Below are positions 27,078 through 40,055 of a stretch of DNA of 64,000 nt, in pieces. The first letter of the stretch is position 1, and every line of letters starts with the position of its first letter. This DNA comes from Basidiobolus meristosporus CBS 931.73. Taxonomy: Eukaryota; Fungi; Basidiobolomycota. The notes under the pieces are model-generated. The model was not told where the DNA came from. It was given only the letters and a program-made list of their open reading frames with translations, and ran no database searches. The position numbers were made by a program, and so were the translations under genes. Location of the stretch: contig MCFE01000097.1 in assembly GCA_002104905.1 (NCBI GenBank), forward strand, positions 108,650 to 172,649. The letters run 5' to 3'.

Positions 27078-28282
27078 CAAATGGATGTCTACTCCAGATA
27101 GGACTGGGTGGAAGGTGTTCAGATGGAGAAGAAAACTTGGTTGGAGGCTGAGTTCAACTTGCTTTCACAAATGGAGCCAGGGAAAAGGAGATAGTAAAGA
27201 GTAGGATGCACGGAATGTATTACTGTACAAGTTATAATTAAGGCGGTTTACGTGACTCTTAGATCACTACTCAGCACGATCCCAGCAAATCCAATCGGTA
27301 ATAACTGGAGATATTGGTTGATTAATTAATATACAAGGAAATGATCATTCTGCATCATGCTGATTCGTTTCAAACATGACGAGGGATGGGTGTGTTGGGC
27401 CAAAAATTTTGCCGCCAATCACTCAAGGCTCCGAATTTTGGATTTCTCTATGGGAGAGGCACTCAACAGCCATTCCAATTAAAATCTAGCTCCGATCAAT
27501 ATCGCTGCATATATCAAAAGCCTGAATCGATATTTTTCTGCAAGGCATAAATTGCTGGTGCTTCGTGATTAGGTTGATGATTCTATCCCTCCGAATGAGC
27601 GCTCATCTCTGCCACAACCAATTACCCCGCTGAGGAGAAATCATCACATCTGAGGGATCGGGTTCCATGAAGAATAGACTCATACCCCGTAGCATTAGCG
27701 ACTTAGGTCGCCTGAGAGGCGGAGGTCTTGCTGACTTCGAATGGCACATTCTGTTGGGCCACAGGGGTGAGTGGGCATCGTCTTCGTTGAGAGGCCACAT
27801 TCTGTGTGGTTTGCCGGCATCTGCTAAAACCGGCCGTAGTCGCCATTCGTTTGACTTTTGAAGTCTCCCCCACATGGTTACTCTTGCCATGTATGTACGC
27901 TTCCTGTGCACTTCACATTTAGAACACTAAACATCTTGAATAATCGCTATGACTGCCTTGGGGAGATCAATTAGGAAACCACCTGATAACCCAACCGGTG
28001 ACATATTCTAGGCCTGGATTACATTCAATTTAATCCCCATTCCCACACTAATTGTGCGTCAAATGAAGTGTCAACCTCAGCTAATGCGTATGCACTCTAT
28101 CATGGCAACATGAATCTGCCTCATTGCCCAAAAAGGCTTGAACATAGATGTTTAGCTACACTAAGCAAAAGGAGTATGGCTTGGGCAAAAAGTAAGAAAT
28201 ACGTGTCAGTGGGTGGTAATGTGGTAACGAAAGATTGATTTATGGAACTCGAAAGTTCATTGGAAAAGCGGATATCTGCTAA

Positions 28283-28879
28283 TCAGAATGCCATATCATC
28301 TGTACCACCGTACACCGCTGTGGGATTGTTCAGAAGATCGTTGAGTTTGCAACGCAATTCCTCATCCTGCTCGCTAGATTTATCTTGCATCCAGAAGAAC
28401 ATACGCAGGGTTGATGACTTGAACTTGAGTACGTAAACACGCCCATCAGACTCGTCCACCTTTAGGAATTCTGCCTCATCAGGGAAGATAATTAAATCCT
28501 ATTCAAGAGTTAGGGTAGGCTGACCGGAGTTTAGCTGAGCCAGCACTTACGTCTTCTACGGTATTAGTTTTGCGATCTTTCCAATAGAAATGCATCAGTG
28601 AATCTTCCCCCTGTTCAGAAATGGTTAGTTGAAGCACAAAGCCTCAATTCTGTGCGTAACTACCTGTTTCAGGTACAAGAGCCTATTGTTTAAGGAAAAG
28701 ATGCTAGGTTAGTTCTCAAGGAAAAGAAACTGTGGTATGTACTTGAAAGTGGGACTCTACCCCTTTCTTGTGTCGGGCTTAACGAGGTTGGTATCTCCCT
28801 CTCTTAGGCATTTTCCTGCCTTGAATTCGACGAGGTTTCTGTTGTGTTGCATAGGCTGTGGAAATAGAGAGGTGGCCAT
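28283..28879 (-). CDS. RPN13: Proteasome ubiquitin receptor Rpn13 (Pru domain); 3' end uncertain
   Basis: NLVEFKAGKCLREG..VKPDTRKG; LMHFYWKDR; DLIIFPDEAEFLKV..GRVYVLKFKSSTLRMFFWMQD. Confidence 0.8.
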
Positions 28880-29301
28880 GTTGAAGAATTGAAGGTATGC
28901 TTTGTAAAGAATGCAAACTCTGCTGTTAGATTTACACTGTGAACTATCAAACCATGCGGATAATTTTCAAAATACTATTATAAAAACCTACGTAATCTAC
29001 ACATTAATCTAACCAGCAACCCTCCACGTGACTCTCAAGCATGCCTTTGAATAAGCAACCGAACCACCATTGTATGATGGGTCTGCTACTAGGCACTGTA
29101 TGTAGAAACCAATTGATTTTCACCATTTTATTCATAGTTATGCTGTGGATGGACGCTGACATGGAAAGAATCGGTGTCGATTGAGGGTGGAACAGAGAAA
29201 TTTTTCCAATCATTCTAGTGAGATGATCTTATTTAGAAGGGAAATCAAACCAAGTGGATTATATTTTCATTTTAGAAGCTGCACAATCCACTTGTACCAG
29301 C

Positions 29302-30811
29302 ATGTCGTCAAATAGAGACTATATCTTACAGAAGTATCTGTCACCTGGAACAGCCGACGAGACAAAGAAGAAGAAGAAAAAGCCTAAGAGCTCGAAATCA
29401 ATTATTCGACAGGCCAATCTGTGTATAGTAGATGAGGACGATCTTGGAGGTTGGCCTACTCAAGGCTCACACAAACCCACCACCACAGGTAGATTGCGGC
29501 GATTTGGATTTGATTTTGCTGGTACCTTGAGCTTGACTCGAGGATACCCCTGGTTGCATCGGGAGAAAGGTAGTAACTGATTTATCTATTAGATCTCGAC
29601 GTTCCAGCCCCCAAAAAGCCCACATTTAAAAATTCTTCGGAAAGCGGATGGCAAACAATTCGGGAGGCGGAATTGCCGGTGGAAGAGGACGAGCTGCCAG
29701 TCATTGTTCCTGGAGGTAGGTCTATATTGTGATATGATATAAAATGCACCAGTAGTTGACCTTCTTTCAGAGTATACCGAGGCAGACTTGCGGGCGTCGT
29801 TAAAGAGCAAATCCCCTCAGGAGGATGGCCCCATGGCAGCAAGTAAGAATAACCCCAGTTGCACTTTTCTTTTCGCTCGCACGATCCTTACAACTGTTGA
29901 AATGTCTCAGGCACCCAGCAGGATTTGACCGAGCGTAAACGCAGATCAGTAACCCCACCACCATCAACTAAGCGAAGGATTTCTCCGTCTCCCGAGATCC
30001 CGTCGATTAGCGATGGACCCAAAATGTCCAATGGTGCCTCAGTTGGCTTGCAAAGCGCCGAGTCTTTAAAAGCAGACCTGGATCGTAGACAGCTCGAAAT
30101 CCATAAAGCATTCAATCAGATGGATCCTTCGGTGAGCGGACAGCATGCAGAAACGGTCTATCGTGATAAATCAGGCAAGAAGATCAGCTTGTCCGCCCAA
30201 CGAGCTGAGCTTGCTAACCAAAGGAGAAAGGAGGAGGAGGAGCAAGCGAAGCTGATGGAGTGGGGCAAAGGTCTCGTTCAGCGACAAGAGGCTATTGTGA
30301 AGCGAAATCAAGAAGAGATGGAAAAGAACAAACCACTGGCGAGGTATTGTGAATGCGCCTTCTATGTGTGTTCACAGCAACATCTAATCACATCAACCAA
30401 CACAGATACAAGGACGATGTCGAGCTTAACGAAGAGCTCCGGAGCAAAGACAGATGGAATGATCCTGCTGCTGGCTTCCTAACTGTAAATCTATATATCT
30501 AATTAGCATCGCCCAGTCTCCGGTATCTAATAATTTCCTTACAGAAATCCAAAAAGTCAAAAACGAAATGGCCAGTATACCAGGGCCCGCCCGCTCCGCC
30601 GAATCGCTTCGGGATTCCACCTGGCTATCGCTGGGATGGCGTAGGTTCGTTATACACACCACCTTCTATACCAGCACACCGTTCATTAAATTGTTTGTCG
30701 CACTCTCCCCTAGATCGATCCAATGGCTTCGAAAAAGAGTTCTTCCAGCGTAAATACAGCAAGAATTCGATGGCTGAGGAGGCATACAAATGGAGCACCG
30801 AAGACATGTAG
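29302..30811 (+). CDS. BUD13: RES complex splicing factor Bud13/Cwc26 (multi-exon)
   Basis: [20 protein letters not shown]; [12 protein letters not shown]; WGKGLVQ; [13 protein letters not shown]|..RSNGFEK; YKWSTEDM-stop. Confidence 0.9.
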
Positions 30812-31086
30812 CTCCCCTTACCTTGTACATGATTTTTATCGGAAGTATCTCAGTGGAGGTTGCAACCCTTATGGCACTTGAATAAACAGGCCTACGTTAG
30901 TTGAAATGATATGGCATAATTGCTTCACGTGGATTCGAGGTTTCTGTCATGCATCGTAGTGGAATTATGCCTTGGGCATTTATTTTTGGGAATTGATATT
31001 GGAATGCGCAACATTTGACAACATGAGGAGAATATAACAGTAGAGTAGAGGAATTTGGAAAGCTCACGGCGGTCAGCGCCGACACT

Positions 31087-32824
31087 TTAATTGGCAGCAT
31101 CTTCTTTGGTATCATCACCTTCAAAAGTATCCTTGGGGACAGAGTACAATCTGAGAACAGCTCTGTTAGGATCCTTGACCAAGACGAATTTCCCTTCAGG
31201 CAAACCAAGGAAAATGTCGACCATAGCCTTCAAAATACCCCAAGCATTCTGTAGGCTCAAGTTCATCTGGGCAGCAAATTCGGCTGGCTTGAACACTTGA
31301 GTGCCTAAGATGACGTGGCGGTTGTTCTCCTTAGGGTGGGAACGGCTGACATAACCAAGCTTCAATTGGTCACATCCAGCAAGAACAGCCTGCAATGCCC
31401 AGCGGGCAAGCTTAGAACCATTGTTCTTCATCTCGGTGGCGACAATAGCACCACGCTGAGTATCAAGCTTCTGGCGCCAGTCCAAAGCACCACCAGAACC
31501 AGGTGCACGAGGATCGAACTCGTTCAAAGCCTTGATTGTAAGGAAGGACTCGGTGTTCCCGGTCTTGACCACACCATCGACTTCGGTACGGATAACAACG
31601 TAGAGAGGATCTTCCTCGTTGCCCAAGTTGAAGCGGCGATAACGGTAACCAGCAGATGCCAAGGGCTCAGTATCTTCCTCGGCATTGTAGAAGGGATTGG
31701 GGTTTTCGAAATCATACACTTGCTCCTCGTCCAAGACTTGGGTGCTGAAGTTGTTGTTGATCTCGGTAGCTTCGGTGGACAGTGCGTCAGGGTTGTTGAT
31801 ATCAGTACCTTCAAGAGGTGGCTCGGCAGCGTTCTCATTGACTGATAGGTAGTCGAACACGCCACCATCACGCTTGTCAAAGATCAAATCATCCCCTTCG
31901 CGAATAATAACGATGTCCCATGGGTAAGCAGATCTAGGTGCACTCATCAACAATGCAAGAATGTTGTCAGTGGCATAAACAGTTCCCTCGTTTTTGCTAA
32001 TAAGGTTTTGGATAACCGGGTCCTCGCTAGTGGTGACATTATAGCGAGTACGGGGAAGATCTTGCAAAGGCTTCTCGAGCTTGGAGACGATACGGTCGTA
32101 TGATTTCTCATAGTGGTAAAGTCTACCATAGGATGCGATATCCTCGGGTTGACGGACGTCATAAGCCAACTTAGCGAGACGATGAAGCTCAAACTCTTCC
32201 AAAACCTTCCACTCAGGGCCAACAGTGACGGAAGCATCTCTAGTGCGCTGGGGCTTCTTTTGATAGCCGGAACGGTTGTATCCACCACGGTTGTTGGTGG
32301 GGCGGCCGGTTTTTTGGTTTTGGTTCTGACCTTGGTTTCTGCCAGTACGCTGAAAAACCGCCAAAATAAGTACAAGGAGCATAAGGGGGTGTTGATAAGA
32401 ACAATTACCTTGGCAGCAGTGTTACCACGGGAGGAGGCCTTCTTCTGGGCAGCAGTACGGTTGTCAACAACTGAGAAGCTGGATTCATCTTCGGTGTGTT
32501 GATACACGAAGGCGTTCGCAGCGTTGCTTCCGTAACCTTGGTAGCTTTCTGAAATTGAAGAGCCGTTAGGGAAATCCCAGATATATTCGTTGTGTGTTAA
32601 ATACCTTTGTAGTTTCTGTAACCTTGGCGGGCTCTACCTCCAACATCTTTGTTATCTTTGGCATCAGGAGCAGACCAGTCGGCAATTCTGCCTAATTTGT
32701 CGCCTTTGCTATATGGGGCATAGGGAATGTCTTTGTATTGCTCAGGAAGGTGGGTTGCCGAGGGACCCCAACCGCTCTCGTTGTCATCAATGGAAGATAA
32801 AACAAAGTTTGCACGTGCAGCCAT
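31087..32824 (-). CDS. EIF3D: Eukaryotic translation initiation factor 3 subunit D
   Basis: GWGP..DIPYAPYSKGDKLGRIADW; DESSFSVVDN; RDASVTVGPEW; YSWDIV-like YPWDIVI; LDTQRGAIVATEMKNNGSKLARW; KLGYVSRSHPK. Confidence 0.95.
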
Positions 32825-33494
32825 ATTGTCAGGTAAAGTGCAAAGAACCTCTAGCGAAGGATTTACCAATATTCAAACGAAACAATTTGCACTGGACCCG
32901 ACCTATCGATGGAGTCCAATGGCAGTAAAAAAAAACGATGAAATTGAAAAAAAAATTGAATAGCGACTCAATGCTTCTCAAAATCGATATTAATGCTAAA
33001 CTCAATATTATTTATCGTTGGTAAACGTAAATAATCACACATTGAACAAGGCAATGTGAAGTATTAATGTAAATCTCTGCTGCCAGCATAGCTTATTACG
33101 GACTACATAGTCGTCAAAAATGTATTTCACTAGTGTTGAAGTGTCGGTCGGATCAATGTCTATGAAGTATGGCAGTATGCAAGGCTTGTTTAAACTTGAG
33201 CATCACTAATGTAAATGGCAGGATAATTTTGAGCGCGATACTTCGCAAGTCAAAATTGGATGGAATGAGCCAATGGTAATACAACTTGGTTAGGGTTAAG
33301 CCGAATCCAATACCCAAACTAATCTTGCCAGTCTCTGGAAGTAACATATGGAGAAAATTTTTTGATACTTGTCAAACCTCAAACACATTTCCCCGTATAT
33401 ATTGACTATCTAGTGGGCTGAATTACTTGCCTACGAAAGCCTTACTTAGAATTCCTCACTACCATTATTAGCCACCACATAATACGACTTTCCA

Positions 33495-35498
33495 ATGAGC
33501 ACCTGTCCAAACCTCATATTTTCAACTTGCCACCGTTATAGAAATATCTCATTTAAACCGTCAAGCACCAAAAACTTTTCGTCCTACGTACAAAGAAAGT
33601 GGTACCCCTCGCTAAGCAAGACGAGCATTTTGAAAAGAGAAATCCTCTCTACAAAGCATCCCCCCAAAGTTACGATAAGTCGCCCGTTTTTTGTATTTTC
33701 CAGGCGGTATAATACATCCGATCATTTTTCCGACAAAACAACACACTTCCAACAAGAGGATACAAACACCCGGAATGAAGCTAAGGGCACTTTTCATAAG
33801 AAGAGGCTGTCCAACACAGCTCGGGCGGAAATGGTAGAGATTGTTAGGGCTTTTGAGGTGAAGCAACTCAAACGCGCCTTGGAGACCGGTGACTTCGACT
33901 TGGCCTGGAAGCAATTCAGAAATTTGAAAGAAGATTCCCAAGAGTTATTTACCACAGATTGCTTCGTCAAATTTTTGGTATTGTTGGAGAAAAAGGGAAA
34001 TTCCAGTGGGAAATTCCAACGGTTCAACGAAGTCCTCAAGTTCTACAAGAGCAGTAAGATAGAGCTGTCCACCCCGTATGAATACGGAGTTCTGATAAGA
34101 CTATATGGGAAATACCGCCATTTCCAACAGGCCAAAGAGACTTTTTTGGAGATGCTTCAGAAAGGAATAGTAGCCAATGCACAAGTATATAACGACCTGC
34201 TTGCTGCACTAGGAAGATCCAGTATTGAAGAGGGCTTCGAAGTATTTGAGACAATGAAAGACGGTGGGGTTGCTCCAAACGTTGAAACTATAAATTTGCT
34301 GCTCAGGTTTTCCAAGGATTCTGCTGACCTTAAGATGCTGGAAAAAGCATTCAAGGAGATCGCAAAGCATAGCTTGGAGGCCGATGTAAAAACATACACC
34401 ATTATGATAGACGCATACGCTAAAGCTGAGCGTATGTCACACGCGATGGAGCTGTACAGCCTGATGCTTTCCAAAGGAATCTCGCCTAATGTCGTCACTT
34501 ACAGCTCCTTGATCAACGGTCACCTGAAGCGGGGGAATGCTAGACAGGCGATGGACTTATATTATGACATGATCGCCAAGAAAATACCCCCCACTATATA
34601 TACCTACAACACACTAATTAATCACCATGTCAAGCAGGCTCGCATGGATTTGGCGATGATCCTTTACAACGATATCCGGGCCAACGATTTGTCCATCGAC
34701 GTGGTGACCTATAATATCCTGATCAATGGGCACATTCGAAATAGAGACATGGACCAAGCGCTGAGCCTGTTCTTGGATATGTTCGAGAAAAACATCAATC
34801 CCAATCTCGTTACTTATTCCACAGTCATCAATGGTCTATGTAAAACATCGAACCTGGACTTTGCGCTCAAAGTTTATGCAGATATGAAGGCTCGCAAAAT
34901 CACTCCGAACATTGTTACCTATACCACCTTGCTCAATGGCCTAGTCCGCGAGCGTAGCATGAGCCAAGCGCTAAAGCTTTACGAGGAGATGGTTAGGAAA
35001 CACCATATCCCCAACGCTGTTACCTATAATACTCTCATCCACGGGTACCTCAAGAACTCTGATCTTCCAAATGCAGTCAAAATCCTTTCGGAGATGACCC
35101 AGTACGGTGTTGCTCCCACTGTAGTAACATACACCACTATAATCAGCGAGTTTGTCAGTAGACAGGATATTCCGTCGGCATTGAAGTATTACCATGAAAT
35201 GCAAGACCATGGGATTGAGCCAAACGTATGGACCTATACCACACTTATCAATGGGTACATACGAGAATCGAATCTCAAGAGCGCCGTGGCCTTGTTCCAA
35301 GAGATGCAAGCACGCAAGGTTCCTGCAAATGTGGTTACTTACACCTCCCTGATGAATGGATACATCAAGAATCAAGAGCTTGATGAGGCCATGGAGCTCT
35401 ACGCTGACATGATTTCCAAGAACATTCATCCGAACGCCAAGACACTGAGTACTCTGATTGAAGGTCATAAGATGAAAAGTAAAATACTGGGCGTTTGA
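33495..35498 (+). CDS. Pentatricopeptide repeat (PPR) protein, probably mitochondrial
   Basis: About 13 tandem 35-aa repeats (PNVVTYSSLINGHLK, PNLVTYSTVINGLCK, etc.); basic N-terminal presequence-like region. Confidence 0.95.
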   Translation: MSTCPNLIFSTCHRYRNISFKPSSTKNFSSYVQRKWYPSLSKTSILKREILSTKHPPKVTISRPFFVFSRRYNTSDHFSDKTTHFQQEDTNTRNEAKGTFHKKRLSNTARAEMVEIVRAFEVKQLKRALETGDFDLAWKQFRNLKEDSQELFTTDCFVKFLVLLEKKGNSSGKFQRFNEVLKFYKSSKIELSTPYEYGVLIRLYGKYRHFQQAKETFLEMLQKGIVANAQVYNDLLAALGRSSIEEGFEVFETMKDGGVAPNVETINLLLRFSKDSADLKMLEKAFKEIAKHSLEADVKTYTIMIDAYAKAERMSHAMELYSLMLSKGISPNVVTYSSLINGHLKRGNARQAMDLYYDMIAKKIPPTIYTYNTLINHHVKQARMDLAMILYNDIRANDLSIDVVTYNILINGHIRNRDMDQALSLFLDMFEKNINPNLVTYSTVINGLCKTSNLDFALKVYADMKARKITPNIVTYTTLLNGLVRERSMSQALKLYEEMVRKHHIPNAVTYNTLIHGYLKNSDLPNAVKILSEMTQYGVAPTVVTYTTIISEFVSRQDIPSALKYYHEMQDHGIEPNVWTYTTLINGYIRESNLKSAVALFQEMQARKVPANVVTYTSLMNGYIKNQELDEAMELYADMISKNIHPNAKTLSTLIEGHKMKSKILGV

Positions 35499-35825
35499 AA
35501 GATTCCAAGACTATGCATACACCATTTCTGCAATTTACCCTCTAGACTCGCATTGAACATGTATATATTCTCCACCACCATTTCGAATTCTTCAGTATTT
35601 ATCACAATCATGATTTCCCCTTAGATTTCAAAACAACAGCCTCGTTTAGGGGAGTTGCTTGCTCTTCTAAATCATGCTGCTGACATTAAACCTGGGGCCG
35701 TACTAATCACAATACGTCGTTCCTTAACTTCTCTGGATATTATGTGCCACATTAATCATTTGAGCCAATCTCCTAGATGACCGAGATTTTGGGCGTATTG
35801 TTTAGCAAATCCGCAGTCGCTTTCA

Positions 35826-38800
35826 ATGAGATTTCAGGAAATCCACATTGAATATTTACAAAATTTAGAGAACATTTCTATCATTCACAATACTTCATGC
35901 ATAAACTTGCTCACTGTCATTGACTTGAGGACAGAAGCATCAGTGGTGATAGCTATTTCAGACATGTCCGACTCTGACGTTGTCACGCTTTACGAGTCCA
36001 ATCTCCTGGAATGCTTGGAAGTTCACAAAGGATTTCTGCATCGGACCGATCTATCCAATTCAGTTGCCAAGCGTAGAAGGTTAGACAGCGATTTGGTGGA
36101 TACAAGCAAGGAGCCTGTCCAGATCGCCTCCTGGCCACTCAAATTTGTCCCGGACTTGACAACAGTTGTTATTCAAGAAGTAGCTCCTTGTAATTATGTA
36201 TCTAAAACCTTCGAAAATTGCCTGCACATTGGGATGTTCGAGATTCTCCTGAATGTTGACGAAACGAAGTGGAATACTTGGTTGTCCACTTTAGGTAGCT
36301 CCTGTGAAGCACTTACTGTACCCGTAGATTTTATTTGTACAGCCAATGGGGAAAATGAAACCCTTGTTTTATATTATACAGATCGGTCTTCTCAAACACA
36401 TGCGCCACTATTAGAGAAACGCATTAGTATAGAGCTTAAGGAAGAGTCGATACTACCCACAGTCCTGCAGGAGGCTGTCAAAGGAGAGCGTTTGGAACTA
36501 CGGATTTCCTTCAGTGTGGACCTCGCGAACTTCAAGGCTGCCCTTTTGTTCAGTCTCTACTTACCCGCTTCTTTGGCGGCTTCAAATAAGTGCCTTCCAC
36601 CTGATATTACAGAGATCCTCAAAAGGCTTCTTTGTAAGAATATTCCATTTTCAGAAACCGAGATTGAAGATACACTTACCTTGTACTCCTACATCCAATC
36701 TTGCAAGAAAAAACACACACAAGAAGGTACGCTGGACACGGATTTGCTGGAGGAACTCAAAGTCACCCTCTACCCATTTCAAGAGCGATCAATCCTGTGG
36801 TTGCTTCAGCGAGAGGGGATTTTTTCTCTTGCTCATGCGATGAAAAGAATCCCTGTCTGGTGGAAAGAAGCACACAATGAAGTCGGTTCGACTCCTTTTC
36901 AGTTCAACGTCTTAACAGGTAGAATTACCAACGATATGTCCTGGGAAGATCAGCACACGGTTTATGCGCCAAGGGGAGGAATCTTGGCTGAGGAGATGGG
37001 GCTGGGAAAATCAATCGAGCTGCTGGCTTTGCATATACTGCATCGGCCTTCAACACAGGAGTTACCAGAGCTCAATAAATTGGCCGAATCCAGGAAGCTC
37101 CTGCCATCCACAGCAACGCTTATCGTCACACCACCAACTATCTCACATCAGTGGATTGCTGAAATTCAAACACACGCCCCTTCTTTACGATGCATTTTAT
37201 TCGAAAAGGATAAGATCCCCACAGAGGAGTTGAGTCAATACGATATCGTAGTAATCAGTTTCGATATCTTGAGCAGGCAGCTTTACCATGCTCAAGAGAC
37301 CTCGTCAAGGTCCCGTAGGTTCCCTAGCAAATACAAGTATTCGGTCAGCCAACTGATACAGATTCTCTGGTGGAGGGTAGTGGTTGATGAGGTCCAGATT
37401 GTCGAATCTCTATCCAGCCGCGCTGCAGAGATGTTGTACCACATACCAAGGATCAACAGCTGGGTGGTTAGCGGGACACCCATCAAGCATAGCCGGAATG
37501 ATTTGATTGTGTTGTTGCGGTTTTTAGGGGTCGAGCCGTTTTCTAGTCACTCGTCGCTATGGAAAACTCTTATGGCAGCCGAGAATTTCGAGCATTTCAT
37601 AGTCCTATTCAGTAGTATAATGCAGCGTACGCTCAAATCACAAATCCAATCTGAGCTCTCGATACCTACCCAGCACACGGACTCGGTTCTTTTGGAGTTT
37701 TCGGATGTTGAGCAGTACTTTTATGAGAGTCTACAGAACTCGTGTGTTGATGAGTTGATCTGGGCCACAACAGTTGAGGAAAAGAAGGCAAAGATGAGAG
37801 AGTGGCTTTACAGATTGAGGCAAACTTGCTGTCACCCCCAAGTCGGCTCCAGGAATAGAAAAGTCTTGGGCGGAACTTTAAGGTCTATCAGTGAGGTACT
37901 GGATTTCATGCTCCAACAAGCCAGAGCGAATTCGCAATCCTTAAATCGAGGGTACATCACGGTCAAGATTAGACGGGCCCAAATCCTTGAAGCGGAAGGA
38001 AAGCTTGAAGATGCACAGCATCTCTACCACGCGGCCTTGAAGGATACTCAAAGCCAGATGGAGATCCTGCGCAAAGAAATGACTGTTTTGACTACAGTTC
38101 CATCCTCCGAAAATGACCAGGCAAATCCAAAATCAACGCAATCACACACAAATGGCCTTCGCGAGGATAGTCACGACGATAATTTTGAGAGCTCACCCCC
38201 AGACTTGCAAAACGAGAGAGAGGATCTGAAGAACGTAAAGCTGTGGCTGCATTTATGGCGAGAAATCGAGCATAGACTTTTCTTTTTCTTGGGGTCGATA
38301 CATTTTAAGTTGGAAAATGAAGCAGAGGAAGCTTCTTATTATCAATTGGCGGAGGAATGCCGGGCAGAGCTATTGAAGCCGCTTTCTCTAGGGTTTCAGT
38401 TGGAGCGGGAAAGGTTCAACAGATTCCTAAACAACATTGACTTCGATCTTTCTACCCCGTCGCCGATTGTTAGCAGTGAATTTACCGGCGGTATCCTTTC
38501 TCATGATCTGCTGGAGCGTATTGAAAATGTGACTGCTGTCCTGAATAGCCAGAATGTGTTGCTAAAAGCTTGTCATGATGCCATTATGAAAATTCTAGTT
38601 TCTAACTTATGGGACGCCAATGAAAATGATGCTAACGGCGAGGAGTTCCAACAATCCCAAGTTCTCCAAGAGGAGGTGGATATATACCAAGATGTGTTCA
38701 CGAGAATCATTCGTGATCGTCGGCACCTAGTTCAGGGAGTTACCTTTGGGTCCAGAGAGTCGGAGATCAAGGCAGGCTTAGAGATATCAGATGCAGCGGC

Positions 38801-40055
38801 CGCGTTTCGAAAACAACATGTCAGGCCACTTGGTCACGAGAATCTGAAGAGCCACCTATCAGAACTCAAACAGATTCTCAACAAGCTCAACATACAAAAA
38901 GAGGAGATTGTCATAGTAGAACACGAATTCCGACGACTCTCCAAGGTGGTGGAGGAATTGTCGGTGATACTGCAACTGTACGAAAGAGAGATTGCCATGT
39001 TTCGTAGATTGTATAATAGCCGTATAGAGTACTATCGCCAGCTACAGAAAATATCGGATGATGTTGTTGAACTACATTGTAGCGATTTCAGCAAAGAATT
39101 GGAGTCATGTAAAGAGAGCGAGCACAGGCTTCAATCCGAGCTTGTGCGGACAGAGGGAAAGCTCAGGTACTTGCTCCATTTGAAAGAAACGACTGGAGAC
39201 GAAAAACAACAGGAGCAAGAGAGATTGTGCCTGATCTGCCAAATGAACTTTGACACGGGGATGATCACATCATGCGGACATATTTACTGCCTGGATTGCT
39301 CGAAAAAATGGTTCCATCAACACTCTAAATGCCCTACATGTAATTCGGTTGTAGAGCGCAGCCATCTGAATAATGTATGTTTCATACCGAAAAACATGGA
39401 GCCACGAGAAAGCCCTGCCTCGAATGAATCTCTGTTGCAGAAGATTAGGCATGTTCATGTTGAAGGGAGCTTTGGAACCAAGATCGACATGCTGATTAGA
39501 CATATCAAGTATATCCGCAAATGTGACCAAGAGGCAGATCGTCCCACTTCGAAAGTAATCATATTCTCTCAATGGGACTCGGTTTTGAACGTAATAGGTG
39601 TTGGCTTAGAGAGAAATGATATCCAATATGTACGACTGGCAGGAAAAGATAAGAACCATACTGCTGTAAAGTTTTCTAACGAAAACAGCATTCAAGTGAT
39701 CCTTTTGAATGCCAAAAGTCAATCCAGCGGGCTGACTCTGATTGCAGCAAATCATGTTTTGTTCTGTGAGCCAATAGTCAATCCTGGGTTGGAATTGCAA
39801 GCTATAAATCGAGTCCACCGAATTGGACAGACTAGAGAAACATACGTCTACTGGTATATCGTGCGTAATACCATCGAAGAAAAGATTTATGAATTGTATC
39901 GGAAGAAGTCCTCGGGTTTTAATGAGCGTTTAAACGATATATCCACTTCAGATATCCAACGTACGCTTCTAGATAAAAGAAGAACCGGATTGGGAGAGAT
40001 CGTTTGTGACGACGATTTGAACTATTTTCTTGACACTTTGGGCATCAGTCTTTGA
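35826..40055 (+). CDS. SNF2-family helicase with RING E3 ligase (SHPRH/Irc20-like)
   Basis: GGILAEEMGLGKS (motif I), WWRVVVDEVQ (II), VSGTPI (III), LRQTCCHPQ, RING CLIC..CGH..C..C..CPTC, FSQW, QAINRVHRIGQ. The true start may be a downstream Met (MSDSDV). Confidence 0.9.
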   Translation: MRFQEIHIEYLQNLENISIIHNTSCINLLTVIDLRTEASVVIAISDMSDSDVVTLYESNLLECLEVHKGFLHRTDLSNSVAKRRRLDSDLVDTSKEPVQIASWPLKFVPDLTTVVIQEVAPCNYVSKTFENCLHIGMFEILLNVDETKWNTWLSTLGSSCEALTVPVDFICTANGENETLVLYYTDRSSQTHAPLLEKRISIELKEESILPTVLQEAVKGERLELRISFSVDLANFKAALLFSLYLPASLAASNKCLPPDITEILKRLLCKNIPFSETEIEDTLTLYSYIQSCKKKHTQEGTLDTDLLEELKVTLYPFQERSILWLLQREGIFSLAHAMKRIPVWWKEAHNEVGSTPFQFNVLTGRITNDMSWEDQHTVYAPRGGILAEEMGLGKSIELLALHILHRPSTQELPELNKLAESRKLLPSTATLIVTPPTISHQWIAEIQTHAPSLRCILFEKDKIPTEELSQYDIVVISFDILSRQLYHAQETSSRSRRFPSKYKYSVSQLIQILWWRVVVDEVQIVESLSSRAAEMLYHIPRINSWVVSGTPIKHSRNDLIVLLRFLGVEPFSSHSSLWKTLMAAENFEHFIVLFSSIMQRTLKSQIQSELSIPTQHTDSVLLEFSDVEQYFYESLQNSCVDELIWATTVEEKKAKMREWLYRLRQTCCHPQVGSRNRKVLGGTLRSISEVLDFMLQQARANSQSLNRGYITVKIRRAQILEAEGKLEDAQHLYHAALKDTQSQMEILRKEMTVLTTVPSSENDQANPKSTQSHTNGLREDSHDDNFESSPPDLQNEREDLKNVKLWLHLWREIEHRLFFFLGSIHFKLENEAEEASYYQLAEECRAELLKPLSLGFQLERERFNRFLNNIDFDLSTPSPIVSSEFTGGILSHDLLERIENVTAVLNSQNVLLKACHDAIMKILVSNLWDANENDANGEEFQQSQVLQEEVDIYQDVFTRIIRDRRHLVQGVTFGSRESEIKAGLEISDAAAAFRKQHVRPLGHENLKSHLSELKQILNKLNIQKEEIVIVEHEFRRLSKVVEELSVILQLYEREIAMFRRLYNSRIEYYRQLQKISDDVVELHCSDFSKELESCKESEHRLQSELVRTEGKLRYLLHLKETTGDEKQQEQERLCLICQMNFDTGMITSCGHIYCLDCSKKWFHQHSKCPTCNSVVERSHLNNVCFIPKNMEPRESPASNESLLQKIRHVHVEGSFGTKIDMLIRHIKYIRKCDQEADRPTSKVIIFSQWDSVLNVIGVGLERNDIQYVRLAGKDKNHTAVKFSNENSIQVILLNAKSQSSGLTLIAANHVLFCEPIVNPGLELQAINRVHRIGQTRETYVYWYIVRNTIEEKIYELYRKKSSGFNERLNDISTSDIQRTLLDKRRTGLGEIVCDDDLNYFLDTLGISL

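Noticed and set aside
27600-27911. Minus-strand ORF downstream of Rpn13, tested as a DEUBAD exon
   Set aside because: Does not resemble the Rpn13 C-terminal domain; left unassigned.
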